Program-made: the position numbers and the translations under genes
In this document: positions 39,584 to 51,330 of the stretch, in pieces
How the letters are laid out: every line of letters begins with the position of its first letter
Numbering within the stretch: position 1 is the stretch's first letter
DNA from: Octopus vulgaris
Lineage: Eukaryota
Reading direction: 5' to 3'
Assembly (NCBI GenBank): GCA_951406725.2
Contig: OX597819.1
Coordinates: forward strand, 76,322,001-76,386,000
Length of the DNA stretch: 64,000 nt
The notes under the pieces: model-generated
Database searches by the model: none
What the model saw: the letters and a program-made list of their open reading frames with translations, nothing else
Told to the model about the DNA's origin: nothing

Positions 39584-39958
39584 TCTATTATATAAAATCC
39601 GTTCTGTCTGTCTGTATGTGTGTGTGTGTCTTCTAGGATCTAGAGCATCCTCCAACCGATTGCGCTCAAATTTGATATGTAGATACCGACGGTATCAGGG
39701 AGGGTATAAGTCTTGAACAAATTACAAAAATTGATTCCAGGTGAGAATGCGATCGATAAAGCCGTGGAAACGTGCATATTTGTGAGAATAAAATCGTTTT
39801 TCTTTGGAATAGAAAAAAAGGCTATCTTTATTTCTTCTTTTGCTGGTGTGTCAAATTTAGGTTAAATCAGTGGGACGGTCGTTTTGAGAAAATTTGGCTT
39901 GAATATTTGGCAACTCAGCACCGTCCATTGAACGGACGCGGGGGAGGCGTTTTGCTGG
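39584..39958 (+). mobile_element. Non-autonomous Helitron
   Basis: A|TC start with (TCTG)n/(TG)n, subterminal ccgt..acgg hairpin, CTGG|T end. Confidence 0.6.
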
Positions 39959-40359
39959 TCTATATATATTTGTCAATTCTGTGATGGCTTATTCAATGTT
40001 TTGTTATTAGATAATCTATGCAACCTACATATTATATTTTTTTAGTACCCCAACAAACAGTAAATGATTTAACTGGGATACACAAATGAGTAACAATGGG
40101 ATTCGTTATCTTCCTCTGTAAATTACTCCTTGGATTTGTTGTTTTTCTTAAATCTGTGTTTTTCATGGGATTTACTTTAGAATAATACACGTATTTTAAG
40201 AATTTGTTAATACAGGTTTCATCAGTTTCTTATCATATTGCTATGGAGTTTTGTAATATTCCATTTATATCAAAGGCCAGATTTGCTACTAAAAAAACAA
40301 GGTATTTGGAAATGGCAATATACCATTAAGACTGTTAGGCTCAACGCTAACGGTAATAT

Positions 40360-40750
40360 TATTTCTAATTTTGGCACAAGGCCAACAGTTTGATAGGAGG
40401 GCACAAGTTAAATACATTGACTTGTAGTGTATTTTATTGACTTTAAAAAGACGAAAGACGAAGTCGTTCTTGGTGGGAGCTAAACATAAAAATTCGGAAG
40501 AAATGACGCTAAACATTTTGTCCGACAAGCTACCGTTTCTGGTAGCTCTGACTGAAACACTAACAGTAATGTAGGTTTCAAATTTTTGGCACTAGGCCAG
40601 AAATTTCGAAGGAGAGGGAAGTCGATTACATCGACCCCAATACTCAACTGGTATTTATTTTATCGATATCGAAATGATGAAAGGCAAAGTCGACCTTAGA
40701 GGAATTTAAACCCAGAACATAAGATGGACGAATTCCAGCTCGCCGCCTTA
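40360..40750 (-). mobile_element. Two adjacent degenerate Meta-like SINE copies
   Basis: ttggcacaaggcc.. and ttggcactaggccag..gtcgattacatcgacccc..aaggcaaagtcgacc..agctcgccgcc. Confidence 0.65.
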
Positions 40751-41418
40751 ACACCAACAATAATATTACTGTCACTTTATAATTACTACGATAATTATGA
40801 ATATCATTACCACACTTTCTCCTGTTTACAGCGTCACCTAATAAATTGCAATCCCCACTTTTTACGGCATCGATTTCTAACACCGTCGGTCGGATTCCTG
40901 ATTATTTTTGTATTGTCCGCATGGCTGATTATTCTTTGTATCAGCTATTCGTTGTGCAGTACATCTGTTTATGTTTCTTTCCAATATTGATATATCGATA
41001 GTCTATTTGACGTGGGAGTTGTTATGACGGGGCTGAAAAAAAAATAGCTTCGGAAAAAGATTTAAATTTATTTCTTTTGTCTATCTTCTTGCTGCTGTCT
41101 TCGTATTAGCATATCTGGAAAAGTCAGGCGCCATGCTTTTATTCAGTTTTTATTTTAGTTATCATTGCGTTAGTTCTAGTAATAATTTTCTGTAATATAC
41201 AACGCAGCAACTAGACAAGAACCTCACATATATGTATCAACGGCTAGCTAGAGACCTGGCCTTCAAAGTGTAGCATTCAGCGAGGTTATACTTTAACCGT
41301 GAAGAAAATCCATAAAAAGATTATTTCCATGGCTAATAGTTTCCTGAAATAGATGCACATATATACATACATGCATATAATTTTTTATCACTTATATATG
41401 AAGTACGTATATGTACGC

Positions 41419-41481
<63 letters not shown>

Positions 41482-41619
41482 GGGTATATGTATATATATA
41501 TAGATATAGATATGCATACACACATATATATGTGTGTGTGAATATCTGTAGAGCTATGTGTATGCATATTTATTTATACATATATATACATACACGCACA
41601 TAAATATACATACATACAA

Positions 41620-41675
<56 letters not shown>

Positions 41676-41697
41676 TATATCTTATATAATGTATGTG

Positions 41698-41860
41698 AAG
41701 GTACGTGGCTTAGTGGTTAGGGCATTCGATCGTAAGGTAGTGAGTTCAATTCCCGGCGACGTATTCTGTCCTTTATTTCACGTTATTCCGGTCCACTCAG
41801 CTGGCAAAATGAATAGTACCTGTATTTCAAAGTGCTAACCTTGTCATAAACCGAATTCCG
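41698..41860 (+). mobile_element. Truncated tRNA-derived SINE
   Basis: tggcttagtgg A box, gagttcaattcc B box, tttatttcacgtt..gtccactcagctg. Confidence 0.7.
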
Positions 41861-41889
41861 GTATTTCAAAGTGCTAGCCTTGTCATAAA

Positions 41890-42691
41890 CCGAATTCCGG
41901 GTGAGGAGCGCATGTACAAATCGATTGAGCCCCCAAGACATTGTCAATTACCGTTTCGAGTTTCTCAATTCATTGGAGCCAGCAGGGCTTCCACCTCACA
42001 TTCTTAGGCTAAGGGTTCGATGCCCAATTATGCTAATCAGGAACTTGCTTCCGCCTAAATAGTGCAATGGAACCCGCTTAGTAATCAAGTCCTTGAAGCC
42101 CCACTTGTTACAGGATGCGAGAGGAGTGAAAATGTTTTCACTTCAAGGATGCAGCTTCATCCCTTGGGGTCAGACATGCCGTTTAACTTCCGCAGATCGC
42201 AGTTCCCAGTGAGACCATGCTTCGCCATGTCCATCAACAAATACCAAGGCCAAACACCATGGCATCCATTGGGAGTTTTCCATTCAATCAGGATAAAAAA
42301 AAAGTTGATAAACTGATTCCTTATAGGATTTCCCTCTAAAATTGGCTATACCCTATTTTCAACCATAACTGTTACCAATTTTGACATATTTTGCTCAAAC
42401 TTGATGCCAGCATTACTTAGGACTCATGGGATCTTTGAATGCTTTAAGTTCTCAAAAAACAAAATAAAACAAAAAAGAAAACAATCGATGAGTGGAAATA
42501 ATCGATAAATCGATTCCTTATGAGATTTCCCAATCAAATTGCCTGCAACCCATTTTCAGCCAAACGTTTAGCAATTTCAACGGTTTTCGCTCAAATTTGA
42601 TGTCGGTGTCACTTATTTTGGTTTGAAATCAAGCGCTTGATCACTTAATAATCCTAACTTAATCCCGGGCAACGCCGAGCTGTACTGCTAT
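41890..42691 (+). mobile_element. Helitron relic: RepHel PIF1-helicase C-terminal fragment and 3' end
   Basis: [59 protein letters not shown] (41.9-42.26 kb, with stop and frameshift); ~200-bp internal duplication; 3' hairpin cccgggcaacgccgag..ctgcta. Confidence 0.88.
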
Positions 42692-45526
42692 TTGCATATA
42701 TTTTCGGTACCCAGACAGTAACATGCTCTCATATTAAACATCCGCAATGTTTTCTTATACTCCGTTGTTCTCGCTTATCATTATTATTATAATCTTAAAT
42801 CTTCAAGATGTTTTGATTCACCCTTGGTAGTAGTTCTCCAGTTATAACACATCATTTAATACCTTTTGTATATATTTCTTTTCCATACAGTATTATTTTT
42901 ATAATGCATTTTGCGCAAACCACCCCTGTTTTTATAGTTTGTCCTTGCAATTTTTCCTCTTTCTGCTACCCTCTCTTGCCGTCACTCACACAGCAAATAA
43001 TAGAAACCAATTATTTTGTGATTGACTATTTATAAGAATAGATCATTAGAGTTACCGGCTTTAAACTTGGAAAAATGTGGAGGAAAATTATAGCAATCAT
43101 ATTCATGCTTTTTACAAGAGCATAGAAGATAAATGACAAAACAGAAACGGAAAATGAAACAAGGAGAAAAATACTACTCAGATTCTCTCATAAATATCGG
43201 TGACAAAATACATTTTTATGTAGTTGACAGCTCAAGTAGGATTTAGATTCTCGGCTACATATGAAAAATACATGTTGATGTCAAGAGGACATGATTTGTG
43301 ACAGCACTAGTTTACCTACCATAATTTCATCATTTGTTCGAAATGAATAGTCTTCCTCGTAAACCAAGTTACTTTAACTATGGATATCAATCACGAGCAA
43401 TGAGAACGTAAACATTCTCAACTCGTTGCACACATTTACGCATGAATGTCAAATCTCGTGTTTAATATTTACGTGCTATCAAGAGTGGCGATAAAAATGT
43501 ATAGTGTCTATAACAAACGAGACACAAAAATAATAGTTTTAATTATTTTTTTACGTTGCTTTACAGAATATTTACAAACTAATTTATGTAACATTATGAT
43601 ATATCGAAAGTATTCATTTGTAACTGAGTTAACATAATGTTTCCTGATGTTCTCCATTGTAAGCTTTGAAGTAGCGTATTTTATTGAGCAGTAATTTCAT
43701 GCAACATATACTTGTGAGTAGAATTACATTCCTTTTTATTATTAGTTACTGATAGCAGCAGGCAGTCAATGATCGGGAGAAATAAACAGAAAACGCAAAT
43801 GATGGTAACGTAATTCCTGGTTTAAACCATTGCTACGCTTATGCTATTTTCAGCGAAACAGCATTAAAGTCTTTCCAGTAACTCTGCAAAAATGCTTAAC
43901 GATACAAGTTACTATTGATACATATTCTGGCACGGTTGGCTGCACTTCCTTTAATTATAACTGAAAAAGAAAAATAGAAATCTAATTAAAATATTGATGC
44001 ATTTAAAGTGTAGATATCATTAAAACGCGTTTTCTTATTTCTCTACATGTACATAAAACAAGCTGGAGCCAACGACAGATCAATTATGTTTTCAAACGAA
44101 CTGTTAGTAATAGTAGCCTTTTCACATTCAGATCATACTTTCTTAACAAAGGAAGAACATATGAGGCTAAAGGATTCTTGAGATAGTATGTATGAAAATC
44201 ATATGTAATAGACGCGTTTAGGAGGTCTGTGATGAGGGTTTTTCCTTTATTCTAAATTAAGTCAGAGCTGATGCTGAATTAAGGAGAAATGACTGCAATA
44301 AGAATTACATTTACACACATCCATCCGTACAAACAAACATACATGCACACACACACACATACACATGCATGTATGTATTTATGTGTCTGTATGACTGTGT
44401 GTGCGCGAAGTATTCATGGGGGTATGTATGTATGTATGTATGTATGTGCATTTATGTGAATATATATATATATATTCTTTTATTCTTTTACGTTTCAGCA
44501 CCAAGACTGTGACCATAGTGGAGCACAGCCAGTGGTGTATATATGTGTGTGTGTGTATGTGTGTGTGTGTGTATGTGTGTGTGTGTGCGTGTGAGTGTGT
44601 GTGTACACACGCACACACACACATACACAGAAACACACACACACATACACACACACACATATATATATGTGCTCAGCCACGTGCACGTTAATTTCACGAA
44701 CAGGCTGTTCCGTTGATCGGAAAAACTGGAAACCTCGTCGTCGTAACCGACGGATTGCCTCGATGTATATAAATAAACACACACACACACACACATGCAG
44801 CCACTTAAGCTTGAAATATAAACATCTGCCTCGATTACGTGAAAGCTTCATCGCTATTTTGCCAGCCTTTTGATTTTTTTTTCTCAGTCTTTTATTGCTT
44901 CTACTCACGCTGTTGTACAATTACGCGTTACTAGTATACATGTCGTTTCACTAAGCTTTACGAATTAGTCTAAGAATGTGTGTTTATGTGCGTGCGTGTC
45001 TTTGCATGTTGAACAGTAGATATCAGTATATCACTGAGCTTATGTGAATATTTTCAGTATACAGAAGAACTATGCCTAAGTCACAGTATATTAAGATTTG
45101 TTATGTAGAGTACGTTACATATAGTAATGTTCAGCACTGAACAGGTATGGTAATAACATCTATGTTGTTCAGTTAATGACATGGTGTATTGCAACTTCTA
45201 AAACACATCTATTCTGGTTTTATTTGCAGCTGTTCCTTCATTTAAGCGCACAACGCGACGTACAGCTACATTCTATTTCTGTGGTCCGGTCTTCTATTAA
45301 GTTAGAATAAAAGTGTCTGGTGTCCGTTTCTATGTTTTATTCTCCTGTTATTATTTATTTTAGTCATGTGATGTTACAGCTGTAACAGCTAGACAGAAAT
45401 AAATAAAAATAAAAAGCCTGCGCATATACAACAAATAAATTGCGTATGCAATGTATCTTTAACAGTTTGAAGGATTCTCTATCGCTTTCGATATGTGTGC
45501 GTATATATGTATGTAAGTACTATACT

Positions 45527-45578
<52 letters not shown>

Positions 45579-45727
45579 CATGTATGTATGTATGTATGAG
45601 TATAAGTATATGTAAATCGTTCCAATTTTCTTCTGAAAGTTTTTAGAGAATATCTTGATGCAGACATGCCTATGGTTATGATTCATACTAAGACCTTCCT
45701 ATCGCTCTACTGCATATGTATGTGTGT

Positions 45728-45790
<63 letters not shown>

Positions 45791-45917
45791 GTGTGTGTGT
45801 ATGTATACATATACATACCTATATATATATATATTTATGTATGTTTATGTGTATATATACAGAAATATATATGTATGTGTATATATATAAGCATATCGAT
45901 ATATACCTATGCATATA

Positions 45918-46009
<92 letters not shown>

Positions 46010-46751
46010 GTATATATACATATATATATATGTATATGTGTGTATATATATATATATGTATATATATATATTAAATATCCGTATATAAATCGAAGTATAC
46101 GTGTATGTTCACAAACACACGCACACAAACACGTACATGCACACACACATGTAGTTGAATATGTATAGTTGAACATACATAGTTGCACACACACACACAC
46201 ATCTCCCTCTTTTTCTCTCTCTGCATCTCTCTAAATATATATGTGTGTGTGTGTATTGAATTTTCCCCCTCACATAAGTGTCTTGCCCGTTAGGTATAAC
46301 GTTTTATCTATGAAATCTTTCTCTGGCACTTTCCTCCTTCTCTTTCTCTCTCTGTCCCTCTATATATACACACATATATATAGAGATAGATACGTACATA
46401 ATCTCCTATATATATATATACACACACAGAATCGATTGATCTGTTCGATCTCATTGTATATTAATCAAAGCAGTGTCTCTAGACAGTCTTAAGGGGTTAG
46501 CATCCATTGCGATATAAACATTTCATTATATTGACACGAGGTTCTCATAGAAACAAGAATAAGCATAGCTTTCTCTGTATTCAGTATATAAGCCTCTTTC
46601 ACACATTTATTATTTACTGGACAGTCAGGAAAGAAGAGAAAGGAAAAATAAATTAATTAAAGAGGAGAACAGAGAGAGTAAAAGACTTGAAAAAATTTAT
46701 ATCGATATGCAGCGCATACACACACATATATATGTATACATACATGCATAC

Positions 46752-46801
<50 letters not shown>

Positions 46802-46941
46802 TTATATACATATTCATATCTTCACAGACTCATACCTAAACATACACTCACAAATGCATACACACATACCTCACATACACACACTCATACACTCATACCT
46901 ACACATACACACGCACAAAGAAACACACATAAACATGTATG

Positions 46942-46997
<56 letters not shown>

Positions 46998-47185
46998 GTG
47001 CATATGTGTTTGTCTATGCATCTGCGAGTCTGTGTAAAAGTACATATTCTTTCGGACTGCTAATTACCTGACGTAAAGGAACAAAACACAAGCTACACTG
47101 AAGCGGGAAAAAACACAAAACAACAATGTTAACAGCAATGTATTGCCCCAAATTAGTTTACAGACACACACATATATAATACATG

Positions 47186-47220
<35 letters not shown>

Positions 47221-47296
47221 ACATATATAAGTAACTGCAGGTTTATGCATACATGCATACATACATACATAGATACATACATACATGGATTCATAC

Positions 47297-47347
<51 letters not shown>

Positions 47348-47366
47348 AGACTAAAACAGATAACAA

Positions 47367-47446
47367 AGTCATGGCTCTGGGGAGTTTTCAGGACATTTAT
47401 AAGGATAGAGATATAGTCTGGGATAGATGTCCCTTCTTCAGCGACT
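47367..47446 (-). ncRNA. Degenerate type I hammerhead ribozyme
   Basis: Minus strand: agtcg CTGAAGA agggacat..atgtcct GAAA actccccagagcca tgact; NUH site mutated. Confidence 0.5.
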
Positions 47447-47864
47447 ATGTGAGAGAGGCAAATGTTTGTGTTCGAAATGAAGAATTCTTGTGGAGGAGGA
47501 TATAGAGAAAATAGAAGGAAATAAGTGAATAAATGTAGAAATAACATAAAATATTGTAGTTGTAGTTTCATTATTCGAGGAAAATGGTGTATAGAAGTGG
47601 TAAAAAAAGTTTCCTGTACATTGTATGTAATTTCCGAGAGTAGTTCATGTTTAGTCATTTCAAAGTATGGAACCTTGGATTCTGTGTTATCCATTCGAAG
47701 GGGTTATGTGGTGTGAATGAAAATTTGAGAATGTATTGGTAATATTTGTGGATAGATGGAGGGGGAGATGTATATAAGATTAGAGTGAGGAGATAGGTGA
47801 AAATGATGAGAGGACGGGAAAATGAGAGGAAGAAAGAGAGAAGAAAGAAAACAGTTAAAAGACT

Positions 47865-48170
47865 AATGGCATCTAACCTCACTCGTGTTTCCCAAAACCT
47901 CATTTACGTAATCCGATGCTCGGGCTACCATGGAAACTATTTTGGCTCAACAGGAAATACAATCCGAAGATATACTGTCCACAGACAACAAATATCTACC
48001 CCACAATATTACCAAATATACCTCAATCAACACATTGACGAATGTGAAGAACGAATACAACAACGATTCGTAATTTTCCCATTTTATCAGCTTGCCTTCT
48101 GGACCTCAACACAAGTAAAACTGAATAAAAAAAGCCTCATTTATCCAAAAGTATAAACCGGAATTAAATA
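47865..48170 (+). pseudogene. Penelope-like GIY-YIG endonuclease relic
   Basis: SNLTRVSQNLIYVIRCSG..NYFGSTGNTIRRYTVHRQQI..HIDEC..IFPFYQ. Confidence 0.75.
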
Positions 48171-48587
48171 TGAACCGATATTAAAAATAAAGGACTTACT
48201 TCATCTAATGAAAGATATAAGCTGGAATAAAGTAGAGAACACATAAGAAAAATGAAAATCAAAGATTTGCCTTCCCTTTACTGCAAAATAAATGAGTGAA
48301 CAATTATCTCCCCAGCAACATTTTCCCCCAAGCAATTTATCTCTTTCAACTCTCAGTTTGATGAGCAATACGAGACCGCTCATTACTTCATTTATGTTGA
48401 AAAAACAAAACCTTATTTTGTACAAAATTATATAATAGCTATATTATCATGGCTCTAATTATATTCTTAAATCCTGTTAAACAAATCTGTGCATTTTCAT
48501 ATTTTCGCCTTCTCTATATACGTCCACCATGTGTTTTTCCCTACTAAAATATTTTCTACCCTATACATACACATACATACTACACAT

Positions 48588-48622
<35 letters not shown>

Positions 48623-48919
48623 GTGTGTGTGCGTGTATGAAAGTTATACATTTGCTTTAAAGGTACCGTTTCTCATGTTGTTCTTTTTCACTTGTCTATT
48701 TCTCTTTTGATTTACTTTTGTAAAAGCTTAAACCGAAAGGTCTGTCTACATTTCTTTCTTCAGGATTTGGTGTACAGTTCTCAGTACCCAACATTTTTTC
48801 ATTATATTTATTATGCTTACTTTTGGTCCACCAGATATTTAATTTTTGTCTACATAACTTCTAACGTTTTCCAATTGTCCCTTTACACTTACTTTTTTTT
48901 CATTTGTGATATTTTACTC

Positions 48920-49003
<84 letters not shown>

Positions 49004-49021
49004 TTATCTATCTATCTATTA

Positions 49022-49068
<47 letters not shown>

Positions 49069-49069
49069 C

Positions 49070-49107
<38 letters not shown>

Positions 49108-49178
49108 ATATATATATATATATATGGCAGCCCAGAAAAATAGGACGAATACTGTGGTTGATTAGTTCCAAGTGGTAT

Positions 49179-49402
49179 GTGAGACATAAAACCAGTGTCA
49201 ATTACAACCTTCGAACAAGAGAGGTCATTATATTTCCTTTGCTGTTTCAACAACCACAGTCTAGTTTCGTGGTATTTTCCCCTTTATACACATTAATAAG
49301 GGGGGAATAGCCCGAAACTAGACTGTGGTTTTTGAACCAGCAAGGGAAAGCTGATGACCTCGCCTGTTCGAAGGATCTAATGAACACAGGTTTCTGTCTC
49401 AC
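49179..49402. repeat. Imperfect ~224-bp foldback
   Basis: gtgagaca..ccttcgaaca..gaggtcat..aaccacagtctagtttcg pairs with cgaaactagactgtggtt..atgacctc..tgttcgaagg..tgtctcac. Confidence 0.8.
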
Positions 49403-49567
49403 CTAGCTAAACAACAGCAGCAAACACGGTCTCTCAAAGATGTTTCAATCCATCCATACACACACATATACATACATATATATGTATATATATATAGAAA
49501 TTCGGGGTGAGTACTTGATAATTATAAGCACCTGTGTATACCGTTTGGTGGTGTAGGTGGTGGAGTA

Positions 49568-51167
49568 AATTGATCAAAATAAAAATAAAAACATGAGGCG
49601 AAGGATTCAGCGGTACATATGTTTCGGGCCTTTATTAGACAGATTTATAACAAAGCATAATGTATGTCTGTGGCCTTCTTCAGCCGCGCACAACAGCTTC
49701 CACAAGGACATGTGTTACATCAAAAATTCTTGGTTGGGGATGCAAATCCTCTCGTTCACGTACGACATAATGCGGCAGCAGCATAGAATTGAAGCGTCCA
49801 TCTCTTTCTTCTCTCAATGTAGAATGAGGAAACTTGGATGTTGAGGTAATGTAAATAAATAAATACGTATATAGAGGTGAAGATGGAGGGGCGAGAGTTC
49901 GGGACGAGGGATAAAAAATATATATAAAAGATGTACGTATAGAATAATATAAAAATGTAGAGGATAAAGATATAAAGAGTTGTAATGAGATGTAAAGGGG
50001 GTATAAAGAAATATAAAGAAATATAAATAAATGTAAAGGCATAAGGTTGTAAAGTAAAAATAGAAATGGAAATAATAGTAAAAGAAGTAAAAGAACCTGA
50101 TAAAAACATGATAAAAGTGTAAAAGAATGTAAAGATAAGGGATGTATAGAGGTCGCGGACCAAGCATGGTGGTCAGGAGATTGATAAAACTTAGTTGTAG
50201 AACTGTCAGTAAATTAACAGTTTCGTCGTAAATCAGAGCTGATGAGAATTTAATCTGGTTCCTTGAATTAAATGGACTTCCAGTACATACATATCATCAT
50301 GGATACATACACCCACATACACGTGTACATACACGTCTCCAAGCCTATAAGCATACACACGCACTCGCGTGTAAACACGTACATAAACACACACGCACCC
50401 ACACGCACGCGCGCACACACACATACATACAACAGAATATCCGCATATATAGACGGACATTACGCGCGTACACGCTCACATGTATATACGCGCGCCCCTC
50501 ACTACATACACACACGTATATGCCCACGCCCCTAGGTCTAGGTATAAGATATTAAAGGATGTGTATAAGAACGTATGTAAAGAATCCCGTACTCATGTTA
50601 ATACGCGCACGCACACACGGCTGTGTGTCCGTATGTGCGTGCACATATACACTCATACACACACACAGAGACACACGCGCACATGGGTATAGCCATAAGA
50701 TATCGAAGTATGCATGTACATATACGCGCGTGCATATGTATGCATGCGCATACACACGTACGCGGACGCTCGCATACTCAAAAGGCGGATCCATAGGTAA
50801 GTAAATAAACATATATAGAGGTGTAAAGCGATAAATTAGGGGTAAGAATGAGGGTAAGGGTAAAGATTAGAAATAAAAAAATACAGTATAAACTAAGAAA
50901 TACAATGTAATAGTTAGAAATGAAATATAAGAATTATAAGGGTTATAAGAGTTAAGGTAAGGGATGAAAATGAAAATGAGAGTAAATGGAAGTAGAATAA
51001 AAGTAAAAATAAAATTAAAAATAAAAATAAATGGAAGTAGGATAAAAGTAAAAATAAAAATAAAAATAAAAATAAAAATAAAATAAAATAAAATAAAATA
51101 AAAAAAAAATAAGGTAAAAATATAATTTTGTAAAGTTTAACATGAGATGGAGGTGGCACACATATAT
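49568..51167 (-). repeat. 3' pseudo-LTR arm (1600 bp), sense to the ORF
   Basis: Reverse complement of 53768-55364 with only a few substitutions and a 3-nt poly-A length difference. Confidence 0.95.
49610..49687 (-). ncRNA. Type I hammerhead ribozyme in the 3' pLTR
   Basis: gcgg CTGAAGA aggcc..ggccc GAAA catatg TA ccgc. Confidence 0.85.
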
Positions 51168-51330
51168 ATATATATGTATATGTACACATACGTACACGTA
51201 TGTGCACATACACACGCACACACACACACACACACACACATACACACGCACATATAGGAAAGCGGGATGTGCTGGAGCCGACAGGTTGCACCGGGTGGGA
51301 GGAAATAGCATGGGGGAGTTGGTATAAGAC

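Noticed and set aside
45440-46200. Many ORFs rich in YI, CV, HT or LSIY repeats here and throughout the window
   Set aside because: They are translations of (TA)n, (CA)n and (TCTA)n microsatellites.
50239-50285. CTGATGA followed by a hairpin on the antisense strand of the pLTR
   Set aside because: No GAAA, stem III or NUH follows, so it is not a hammerhead.
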